64,000 nucleotides of DNA from Squalus acanthias. Taxonomy: Eukaryota. A model generated the notes under the pieces. That model saw nothing but the letters and a program-made list of their open reading frames with translations, ran no database searches and had not been told where the DNA came from. The position numbers and the translations under genes were made by a program. The DNA is taken from positions 1 through 64,000 of the forward strand of contig JASTWF010000366.1 of NCBI GenBank assembly GCA_030390025.1, read 5' to 3'. This document shows, in pieces, positions 24,925-36,300 of this stretch (positions are counted from its first letter, which is position 1; each line of letters begins with the position of its first letter).

Positions 24925-26225
24925 TCTACCTGGACTACACTTCCTCCCACCCCACCTCCTGTAAGGACTCTATTCCATTCTCCCAGTTTCTCCGTCTCCG
25001 CCGTATCTGCTCTGATGATGCCACCTTCCATACTAGTGCTTCCGACATGTCTTCCTTTTTCCTCAACCGAGGATTCCCCTCTACTGTGGTTGACACGGCC
25101 CTCGACCGTGTCCGTTCTATCTCCCGCACTTCTGCCCTCACCCCTGCCCCTCCCTCCCGGAACCACGATAGAGTTCCCCTTGTCCTCACCTTTCACCCCA
25201 CCAGCCTTCACATTCAACGGATCATCCTCCGCCATTTCCGCCACCTCCAGCGTGATCCCACCACCAAACGCATCTTCCCCTCACCTCCCCTTTCAGCATT
25301 CCGAAGGGACCGCTCCCTCCGCGACACCCTGGTCCACTCCTCTATCACCCCCAACACTCCATCCCCTTCGCCCGGCACCTTCCCGTGCAAGCGCAGGAGA
25401 TGCAACACATGCCCTTATACCTCCCCCCTTCCTACTGTCCAGTGCCCCAAACACCCCTTCCAGGTTAAACAGCGATTTACTTGTACTTCTTGCAATTTAG
25501 TATACTGTATTCGCTGCTCACGATGTGGTCTCCTCTACATTGGGGAGACCAAACGCAGATTGGGTGACTGCGTTGCGGAACACCTCCGTTCAGTCCGTAA
25601 GGGGGACCCCGAGCTTCCGGTCGCCTGTCACTTTAATTCTCCGCTCCACTCCCACTCTGACCTCACCGTCCTCGGCCTCTTGCATTGTTCCACTGAAGCT
25701 CAGCGTAAGCTCGAGGAACAGCACCTCATCTTTTGATTAGGCACTCTACAGCCCTCTGGACTCAACATAGAGTTCAACAATTTCAGATCATAACCTCGGC
25801 CCCTATCATATATATATTTTTTATCCACACCTTTTGTTTGTGTATTTTCTTCTCTCCCACATGGCAGCTGTCTTTCATTCTGCCAGCGCAATTTACACTT
25901 CATCTAGAGCCATCCTTTGTTTCTTAACCTGTCCCATAACCATCTCCCTTTGCCTTGAATATCTCTTAATGTCTCTTAACCTCTCCTGCCTTCTATCCTA
26001 TCACAGACCTTCCCTTTTGTTCTTTCATCCCCTCCCCCCTTTCCCAGCCCCTACACTTGCTTAAAAATCTGTTCCATCTCCAGCTTTTTCCAGTTCTGAC
26101 GAAAGATCATCGACCTGAAACGTTAACTCTGTTTCTCTCTTCACAGATGCTGCCTGACCTGCTGAGTATCTCCAGCATTTTCTGTTTTTATTTCAGATTT
26201 CCAGCATCTGCAATATTTTCTTTTT
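24925..26225 (+). mobile_element. 5'-truncated Penelope-like element (Neptune-like): RT thumb, Cys linker, GIY-YIG endonuclease, 3' tail with HHR
   Basis: YLDYTSSHP..SIPFSQFLRLRRICS, FPCKRRRCNTC, LVYCIRCSRCGLLYIGETKRRL..AEH; 15-bp TSD GAATGAACAGATCAT at 24910-24924 and 26226-26240. Confidence 0.92.
26092..26128 (+). ncRNA. Minimal type I hammerhead ribozyme motif (PLE-associated)
   Basis: AGTT-CTGACGA-A-AGATC atc GACCT-GAAACGTT-AACT; one mismatch in stem II. Confidence 0.75.
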
Positions 26226-27104
26226 GAATGAACAGATCATCTGTTTTTGGTGGTTTTGAGGAATTAATGTTTACCAGGACATTAGTAGTACTCCCTACTC
26301 TACTTCAAAGAACATTCCCCTCACTCTTCCTCCCTCAAATAGTGTCATGGTTTTTTTTTACATCTACCTCAGTAGGCAGATGGAATCTTAGTTTAATACC
26401 TCATCCAAAATACAACACCTTTGATAATGCAGTACTCCCGCAGTACCTGGAGTACCACTGGAGTGTCAGCCTAGATAGGGTTCAAAGCCTCCTAATTCAG
26501 AGGTAAGCATGCTATTAACATAACCAAGCTGTAGGGAGCTACTGACTGTAGGCAGCCGTCAATGTAAGGAGATCAGCCCAGTGACCACTGCAGCATGCAA
26601 CTCATTTCAGTAAATGTAAATACACAGTACAATGGCCCGTATCACTTACTCTGTCTCTCCTGAAGCTGTGGTTCTATGGGACTGGAAACTCTCCAGTATC
26701 TTAATCAATGGCTCAAAGAGTAATCAAGAGGGAGGTTTACTGTGCATTGAGGTTATGTTATATCTAGGGCTGTACATTTCTCATGACATGTGCAGATTGC
26801 ATGGAATCTGTGAAATCAAGAAGGGCTTTGGTAAACAGCCTCCCAAAATAATATCTGTAAAACCAGAAGTGCTGCCAGAATCCCAGGACTCATTGGAGAC
26901 CCAACAATGTATGTCTCCAAGCCACCAGAAATGTGAGCACAGACGGGCAATATGCATGTGATCCTACGAACCTTTACAACAGCCTGGGCCCTCCACCTGC
27001 TTTAGAAGCTGTGGCAAGAGCAAAATGCACGATGAAGGTGAAGGAAGGGACAGGAACAAACTAAAGAAGAAAAACAGAAAGAATGCACAAAAAGAACACA
27101 ACTC

Positions 27105-28525
27105 ACAATTTTTTTTTGTTCTCGGGATGTGGGCGACATGGCAAGGCCGCTCTTATTACCCATCCTTAGTTGCCCTGAAAAAGTGGTGGTGGCCCTTCTC
27201 CTTGGGCTGATACCATTCCCACAATGGCGTTAGATAAGGAATTCCAGGATACTGGCCCAGTCAAAAAGAAGGAACAATGATACATGTCCAAATCAATATG
27301 GTGTGTGACTTGAAGGTGATGGTGTACCCACTACATTGCTGCTGTTATCCTACTCCATGGTAGAGGTTGCAGGGGAGAGAAGTGCTGTCAAAGTAACCTT
27401 GGTCGGTTGCTGCAGTGCATCCTGTAGTTCGTACATACCACAGCCACAGTGCGCTGCTGGTTGAGAGGGTGGATGTTGAATCCAGTGGCAGGATACTGAT
27501 CATGCGAACTGTTCTGTCCCAGATGATGCCAAGCTTGAGTGTGATTGCAGCTGCAATATCCAGGCCAGTGATAGGTTTCATCACGCTTCTGGGTTGAGCC
27601 TTGTAGATGGTGAAGAGGCTTTTAAGGATCAGGGGTGTGTCAGTCGTCATGGAGTATCCAGTCTCTACCCTGCTCTCAGAGCCACAGTGTTAATATGGCT
27701 GGTTCACTTAAGCTTCTGGTCAATGGTGACCCTTAAGATGTTGATGGTGAACAAACTTGACGACGGCTTTGCCGTTAAAGGTCAGCAGAGGCGGTTTTGC
27801 CTTCTCTTGTTTGAGATGGTCATTATTTGACACTAAAGTAGCACGAATGTTACCTGCCACTTGTCAGCTTAAACCTTGATATTATCCAAGTTGTGATGTA
27901 AGCTGGCATAGTCTGCTTCATTATCGGAGGAGATGTAAATAGAACTGAACGCTGTGGAATCATCACCTAACAGCCCCACTCTTGACTTTATGACGGAGGA
28001 AAGGTCATTGATGAAGCAGCTAAAGATGTTTGGGCTGAGGACACTTCCCTGAGGAACTCCTGCAGTGATGCCCTAGAGCTGACATGATTGGCCTCCAACT
28101 ACCACAACCGTTTTCCTTTATGTCAGGTATGACACTGAAGAGTTTTCCATTTGACCGTCATTGACCTCACTTATGCTAGGGCTCCTTGTTGCCATACTCA
28201 GTCGAATGTTGCCTTGAAGATGAGGTCAGCTAATCTGACATTCAGCTCTTGTGTCCATATCTGGATCAATGTTGTGATGAGGCCTGGTGCTGAGTGTTTC
28301 TAGCAGAACCCAAACTGAGTGTCGGTGAGCAGGTTATTTGTGAGTAGGTGTCAACTGATGGCACCTTTGAAGACTCCTTCTATCTCTTTATTGAGGAGGA
28401 AGCTCATAGATCACTATTCGGCTAGGTTAGGGTTATGCTAATTTTTGTGAATAGGAACTATCGGGGCAATGTCAGGTAGATGCCAGTGTCATAGCTGCAC
28501 TGTAAGAGCTTGGCATAAATGGGTT
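27105..28525 (-). mobile_element. Old, diverged copy of the EN-RT LINE family
   Basis: Decayed similarity to RT and the 3' end of copies at 38870-41258 and 43063-46303. Confidence 0.8.
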
Positions 28526-28584
28526 AAAACTTTTGTTAAATAGGAGAGAGAAATTTCCGACTGGTACATTGATACATTCATTAC

Positions 28585-29358
28585 TAATGTCAAGCAATGA
28601 CTATCACCAACAAGCGAGCGTCTAACCACCTCCCCTTGACATTCAACGGTATTACCATCACCGAATCCCCCAACATCAACATCCTGGGGATCACCATTAA
28701 CCAGAAACTTAACTGGACCAGCCACATAAATCCTATGGCAACAAGAGCAGGTCAGAGGCTGGGTATTCTGCGGCGAGTGTCTCACCTCCTGACTCCCTAA
28801 AGCCTTTCCACCATCTACAGGGCACAAGTAAGGAGTGTGATGGAATACTCTCCACTTGCCTGGATGACTGCAGCTCCAACAACACTCAAGAAGCTCGACA
28901 CCATCCAAGACAAAGCAGCCCGCTTGATTGGCATCCCATCCACCACCTTAAACATTCACTCCCTCCACCACCGGCGTACCGTGGCTGCAGTGTGTACCAT
29001 CTACAAGATGCACTGCAGCAACTCGCCAAGGCTTCTTCAGCAGCACCTCCCAAACCAGCGACTTCTTCCACCTAGAAGGACAAGGGCAGCAGGTGCATGG
29101 GAACACCACCACCTCCAAGTTCCCCTCCAAGTCACACACCATCCTGACTTAGAAGTACATCGTCGTTCCTTCATCGTCGCTGGGTCAAAATCCTGGAACT
29201 CCCTCCCTAACTGCACTGTGGGAGTACCTTCACTACACGGACTGCAGCGGTTCAAGAAGGCGGCTCACCACCACCTTCTCAAGGGCAATTAGGGATGGGC
29301 AATAAATGCTGGCCTTGCCAGTGATTCCCACATCCGATAAAACAAATTAAAAAAAAAC
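28585..29358 (+). mobile_element. 5'-truncated EN-RT LINE (RT C-terminus, 3' UTR, poly A)
   Basis: ILGITINQKLNWTSHI, RSVMEYSPLAW, RFKKAAHHHLLKGN*, AATAAA and A-tail. Confidence 0.92.
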
Positions 29359-30200
29359 TATTATCCCACAGTGTGATTTCAACCCACTGAGATACAAGTA
29401 AACTGCAACAGTGCTGTTGTTAGTAGGCACTGAAAAACAGACGTTCATGCATAGCACGTGAAACTTGACCACCTTCCCCAACCACACAAATACTGTAAAA
29501 GAGGACCAAAAACCCCAATGAAAACACACTTTCCTAGCTATACCTGGAAATTAAGCGCCTTGGGATGTATTACTATGTTAAAGGCGCTGTACAAATGTAA
29601 GTTGCTGTTGTTATATCTGACCTGGGAGTGCTTGTTATTGACCCAGGCAGGGGTGTTGGGGGGACGGTGATAATGTTGCCCCTCTTCAGTGCCGTTGGTA
29701 CCAACACTGTTTATGCGCTCCCCACACTTGTGCAGGAATAGGTTGGCCTTTCCCAAACATGGATTCTTTTTCTGGCAGTCGAGGTGCATGGCTCGTGGAC
29801 CATCTAGGTACTAGGGAACAGGGATAGAATTTATGTACCGCAGTCAGTCAAGGACTGTTGGTTTCCCGTAGAGCACTAGAAGGATTGGGTAGCAGGTGGG
29901 ATGTGACACAGAGGCAGGGGTGGCAACGGTCACAAAGCAGGGGTTGGAGAGCGGCAGAAAGGGCTGGGGTGCTAAGAGTGATGGAGAGGGTACCGAGCAT
30001 CAAACTGGGAGATTTCTGGACCACGGAGGGAAGTTGTCAAGACACAGATGCTGTTTCCATCAGTTCGTCACAAACTAACATGTTCGTTAATGTGCTGTTC
30101 TTATCGGTCAAGGCTGTCCAACACATCGGAAGTAAACAAGGACAGCAGGAGGCCCAGCTCTATTGAAATAGCTGAAAACCTATAAAAAGATAGCACTCAC

Positions 30201-30331
30201 CTTATGTGGCAGTGAAGCTGTTGGGCGCATTGGAGAGAGTGTGTTGGAGTCAAAATGGCACCATCCAGCAAGTGTCCTCTGTTTGTTATCATTCATATTG
30301 TCACTGCCTTCCCCAACCCTCACAGCAGCAT
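30201..30331 (-). other. Candidate 131-nt exon of an unidentified gene
   Basis: TTTTTTTTAACATAG acceptor and AAG|GTGAGT donor; one open frame (AAVRVGEGSDNMNDNKQRTLAGWCHFDSNTLSPMRPTASLPHK); no recognisable homology. Confidence 0.2.
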
Positions 30332-32227
30332 CTATGTTAAAAAAAATCCGTGTTAAAAAGTCTGATTTTAAAAAAAGTCAATTTTTTTCTCATTTACATC
30401 TATGCCTTATAATGTGCAGGCATTAGTTCTAAAGGTTTTCAATGAATTTTGCTGAGGAAATATCAACATTCAACCCATGATCCCACCCAGACCCATGCTC
30501 CTCTCCCCACCCCCTTTCCAACCTCTTTCCAGTTTTAGAATTGGCAAACGGTGGTAAATCTATGTAAAGGTGATGCGATTTATTTATCAGTGGGCACTGA
30601 ATAAAGGAAAGGCTCCTCCATTACCACTAACAGACAACTTTGTCTCCTTTACTGCAAGTTGCTGCAAATATAATCATTCATTCAAGAAAAAAGATAAATC
30701 ATTAGCTCAGCTATTGCCTTTTATGCTAGAATGGGTAGTTTAGCAATTTTAAAATAGATATAAATCATCCTGAGATTTATCTAAAAATAATGACCTAATC
30801 TACACTTTAAATGACTTTAACTTATAGGACTGAGTTTTATTAACCAACCATATCTCTTATGTTATCACATGTGTGAGTCAAAGCCATAATGTGTTGTGCC
30901 ACTGGTCTGAAACCTTTCTTACAAAATCTGTTTTCAAGATGGCAGCTGCACCTTCTTTGTTAGCCAGAACCGTTTAGTGTTGCTCAAATGGTGTGTTACC
31001 ATGAAATGTAAATAGATTAGAGAGGGAACCAAAAATGTAATGAGAGCCCAGCCTTCCACTAGTGCTTCCTGCACGCTGAAGGGTTGCCTCTGATAGCAAA
31101 GCATCACTGGAGGACACTCGCTAACATAAATGCCACATGGTGAATGAAACTAGCTGAAAAGTGAAGCAACTCCCAGTGGCAACACGAGCAGTGAATCTGC
31201 CATCTTGGTACTTGTACATGTCAGAAATGCACTGCCACTGTTTTCTTATTGCTGTTTTTAATGCTGCCAATGTATTTTCCACATTCTGGCCTTGTGCAGA
31301 CCCTCTCCCTCCATTGGGGGAATTTCTTGCCAAAGCAACAAATCTCTCTATAATACATCTGAAAAAGGACAATAGAAGTGACCTCCTGCCACAGGTGAAA
31401 TATTTTAAAATCATTTGTAACTGGTTAAACCAGACACAGTGTTCAGTGAACTGTCGCCATGCTACCAATTACACATGTTGGGTGATTATTCCTTTTGTTT
31501 GATGTAGCAAACTCACAGGGAAAGTTACTGTTCCTAAAATCACTTGAAAAAAGCTTGCATGTGAACAGGAGCAGCTTCTTATCTCTATTTCCCTTCAATT
31601 TTCTCCCCCCCACCCCCAAAAGTGTTGCTTCTGCTGACATATGGTTCCGCAGGCCCAGGTCAACCTTTGGTACATCACATTCTTCGTGTCTGAGCCTAGG
31701 CATGTGAGTGTCAGCAGGCTATTCAACCATGGCAGGCATCACAGGGAGCCCAATACCATCCAACATTGTCACCTGCATACTTTCCAGCAGGGGTCACTGG
31801 ATAGCAGTCAAGAATTGGGATCCTGGTTGATTTTTCCCCCCCCATTCTCTAGCCCAAAGTATGAGGCTAGTTGTAGTGACCACAGCTGAGGCCAGCTGAC
31901 TCAGCACAGACCAAGGGTTAAACTGGGACCTTACTGGTCTATATATCTCAGTACTGTATCGGGCATTGCATTTACACAGTAAATAATAAAAGGCCATTTG
32001 CCTCAACAAGCCAACAGCTTCCACATACCAAGGAGAGCTTTTCAATTTCATTTTTAACCAGATTCTAATCGTGCTTTTTTTTTATATAGGAGTTAATCGA
32101 CCCAATGCTAACTCCTTTTTCCACAGAACCAGAGCTCTATAGAGAAAAAATAAATACATTTTCTAATCTTTGGACCTGTTTGAGGCTTGGTAATTTTGTA
32201 CTAATTTCCTCTAGCTCTGTAATCACA

Positions 32228-32456
32228 AAAGTGAGAAGTCGCACAACACCAGGTTATAGTGCAACAGTTTTATTTGAAATCACAAGCTTTCGGAGCTCTG
32301 CTCCTTCGTCAGGTGAAGTGAGCAGCCGACGAAGGAGCAGCCGCTCCGAAAGCTTGTGGTTTCAAATAAAACTGTTGGACTATAACCTGGTGTTGTGCGA
32401 CTTCTCACTATTGTCCACCCCAGTCCAACACCGGCATCTCCGCATCATGGCCACTA
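32228..32456. mobile_element. Non-autonomous Penelope-derived inverted-pLTR element with two hammerhead motifs
   Basis: ~80-bp inverted repeat (32230-32311 vs 32327-32410) plus a unique 3' extension; 12-bp direct repeat TCTGTAATCACA at 32216-32227 and 32457-32468. Confidence 0.8.
32281..32315 (-). ncRNA. Minimal hammerhead ribozyme motif
   Basis: Minus strand reads CAC-CTGACGA-A-GGAGC aga GCTCC-GAAAGCTT-GTG. Confidence 0.75.
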
Positions 32457-32489
32457 TCTGTAATCACAGTGTGTGAAGCTTACATCTAT

Positions 32490-33330
32490 ATCATCATTGT
32501 TTTTCAGTGTGCAAAGAACTTCTCAATTTGTTTTTCACCAACGAAAACAAGTTCAGTTCTGAGAACCTCTTTTCATAACTTTGCGTTCTAAATTCTCTAA
32601 ATCTTTGTCTCCCTTCCATAATTCCTCTCCAACACATCAATAAGCAAGCTGTCCAAAATTCCATGTAATATTCCAAATGTGGTTACATCAATGATCCATA
32701 TCAGGTTAGAATAATTTGTTCTGACTTATAATCAAATGCCCTTGAGATACATCCCTGTGCTCAATTAGCCTCGTTGATAACAGCTTCATATTGACCAGCT
32801 TCATTCAGCTAATGGTCAATAATCACGCCAAAATCCTTTTACTATTCCATCTTTGCAGTTGGACATGCCTTCATCATGTCCACATTTCATGTTTGCTGTC
32901 CTAATATGGATAACTTTACATCCATCTACATTAAAGTCCATCTACCATTCATTAGCCCATCCACTTGATTTTGATCCAGATTGATTTGAATGCAATCTCT
33001 GTTACACTATTTAGCTATGTAAATCCTGTGGTCACATAGGTTAACGTCATCAGCAAATTTTATATTACTAAAAGGATCCTCCCTATATAATTCATGAATA
33101 GTGTAAACTGTAGTGGAAACTAGATCAGACCCCTTGATCTCTCAGAACTTGTCATCTGATAAACATTAGATTTCTCTCCTTTAGTTTCCAAACTCTTTCC
33201 ATCACAATGTTTCTCGACTGCAATTTTATCAGTACTACGATGATCTTTGCTTCTCTGAATCTTCGTCTCTTTGTCGTTATAAGCTGCAATTATATCATCC
33301 TACACATGGTTCCTCCACCCTGCACCTTCA
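32490..33330 (-). mobile_element. Decayed CR1-type RT relic
   Basis: Residual SYEKR..ELNLFSL and FADD-like segments. Confidence 0.55.
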
Positions 33331-36300
33331 CTACATTCTAATTCAACTCATTCTTTCCCAAGACCTCACAACTGTGTAACACTTTACCTCCTTACCTTAC
33401 CTTCCTCCTATAAGCCTGAGTTTGGCATCGCTTAGCCACTCCTTCCCATCTTCTGTCCTACTCTTTTCAAACCTGTATTATGGGTCTTGGCGATTCACTT
33501 AGGTTTATCCATTTTCAAAAAATCCACTTGATTCTTGGATTTGCCAACCCCATTTTTCATGACCTGAACTGTGAGTCCCGATGCCAAACTGTTTGCGTTA
33601 AAATGTCAGCGAACCGAGTCATGAACAAATTGGGACAAGCCCAGGAATTGCTTCTAAATTAGGAATTTGCTTGTATCCAATTTACAAATCCTTTGCGTCT
33701 AATGCCATGATCTGGGCTATCATTCTGATTAATTAATTACAGAAAACTGTAATTGCTGTGTATTGAGGGCAGTTAACACAGATTATAATCATTAACCCTT
33801 TCAGTATTGAGCACCAAATGTAGCTTTGAAATATTGATTGTACACAGGTAGAGCCCTTTCCTGTGAATCACAGTAATGAAAATCAGTCCCAATCAGACCT
33901 AACAACTCCATTCAAATCTCCCAATGATTTTCTTCCCATTATATGAAACTGAACATGCAACAGGCTGATGTTTGTTAGAGATATATGCGCCCCTTTGGTT
34001 AGAAAGGAGCTGCTGGCCATGATAAACTGCCTAATCTGGTACTGAACTATACAGACCAGAAAAGTCCCAGGATCAGTACTGGTAAATCCTGACTTTCCAA
34101 TTTTCTTTGTGCTTTTCCTTGATCGATAGCATGGGAAATTAAAAGACTGCTATGGAAGTGAAGCTTTCCATGTGTCCCCAGTGGCATTGAAAGCCCCCTA
34201 TTAAAACTGTACGGCTTATCATTTTAACATAGACCTTTCACCAGTACTATGAATGCTGCAATAGGCCCATCTACCTAGCGTTCTTTCGCTATCCCTTACT
34301 CTCCTGCAATAGTGGCACGCTCAGCCGCAGCTAGGTTAGCTGTGGAGACAGAAAAGAAAATAAGAGATAAAAAGCAGGGTTAAAGAAGGTAGACAGAGAA
34401 AAAACAGAAAAAGAAAAGAAAAGGAGTAAAAGAAAAAAGAGAAAGCGATGAGAGGGAAAGTGAGACAAAAGTATTAATATCACTTTTATACTGTACTGAA
34501 AGATGGGCAGTTTCAGGAATGAAAGAGAATTACTGGAAAAAATCTTGCATCATTTAGAATAGAAACTATTGAATGATTGAGCCAAATGAGCAGCATTGTA
34601 AATTTGCACTGTTGTTTATTCGTGTACAGAGTTCGCTACACTACCGAAGAGTTTTGGAGAGCCTGATCAGTACGACATATTATCATTCATAGTTTGTGTT
34701 TGCCATAATTCACACCCCTCCACAAAATAGTGACATATTAGTTAGAGTTGTTAATTAAAATTTTAACAACTGCAGGAGAGAAAACACAGATGGAAGGACC
34801 ATTGAAAAAGCTGTCTGTTATATGAGAAGCAACCAGAGAGGGAAAGTAGGTGTTAAAGTGTAAGTGAACTCTTCACAGTCACACGATTCATTCCTAGAGA
34901 AACCAACGTTAACTTGCTTGCTGATGGGAGATAACACATTGGCTTAAATAGTCAAATCCTTGGCCTGCACTAGGCCTTTACAAAACAGCCGGGGAGGATA
35001 GTACCCTGAGGCTTCTACAGTCCCTTTCACAAAGCTCTTAGATGTGTGAGTACATTATCTCTGGGCCTGGTAAAGGGAGCTTAGAGAGGATTTGTAGCTC
35101 TGCAGGAAGGACAAAGAAAAATGTTTTCTAATAAATTATTCACAATCTCACAATCCCTTTTCAAGCACAGGGTTGCGCAGTTTGCTTCGGTGCTTTTGGT
35201 TCCTGCTTTTTCATGTTGAGTCTTTCACGTACGATCTCACCTCCAGAGAGCAGCAGAGATCTCGGGCCATGCTGCTGCAGATAATGACACCAATTAATAA
35301 TTTGTCATAATTCTAAGCCTGAAAGGGAGGCCTTAAGAATGCTCACCATCAGCAATCAGGTCAGAAAACTACAGCAAAGCAAATGATGTCCAGGTGTTGT
35401 GCAGGCCTGAGAGTCTAACAGCAGGCTGCTAAAGCAGGAAACTTACTGAAGTCTCCATAACCCAAGTGGAGCACTTTTTATTAATGCAACATTTATGCAA
35501 AAAAACACATTTCTCTTCGACAGTGGTGCTCTTCAGTAATTCACCGGCTTTTCATTGTCCTTTCTTTACCTACATAAATCACTTATACATTTTTTTCTGG
35601 CTATCTTTTTCTACATTGTATTCGCAGATTTAGTGGCGTTTCAAATAGATAAACACAAGCAACATCTATCAAGGCAACAAAAAAAATAGAATGGTGGGGG
35701 GAATGGGGGGGCTTAATCACAGCTACAGAATCCAGGTCCTCAGCATCTCCATTTACCTTGAGATAAATATATTCCTGTGACCACCAGAGCACAGGGTGAC
35801 AAATCACCCCAGTCAGCGGGGTTGTGCAAGTGCTTATTGGCCTTTCTTTAAGTGGTCTTACCCTTCAATGAAAAGAATGGAGCTTGTCAAGCAGGACCAG
35901 ATTAAAGTTAAAAAAGAAATGATCTGTTATTAGAAGACACCTATAGCGAATACCTAGAAAGGAAATTAATATGAATTCAATTTTTTTCTCTAGAAATAAT
36001 TGAATACTAGGTTTTTATTAAAAAAAAGTTATTTTTAAATATCTTTTAAAAAGTTGCTTTAATTCTTTTAGCGAGGTGATGTAAAAACACAGTTTAATTG
36101 AATGGACTCGCAATTAAATGTGTGAATGTCATGAGTTGATTAAATCGGCTCTATTTCCAAAAACAGCCATTAGCTTTTGACATTTTCATTGTTCGTTTTT
36201 TTTTAAGAAATCGCTTATGAATTTTAGCTTTTCACAAACTGGATTTTTTTCTTTGGCCTTTTCCCCCTGAAAAATTGTAAAGTGTGCATTGAAGAAGTGT

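Larger units (their letters stand above)
24768..26510 (-). mobile_element. DeuSINE split by a Penelope insertion (24768-24924 and 26226-26510)
   Basis: Both halves align to the DeuSINE at 198-540 and rejoin at the duplicated GAATGAACAGATCAT. Confidence 0.75.
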
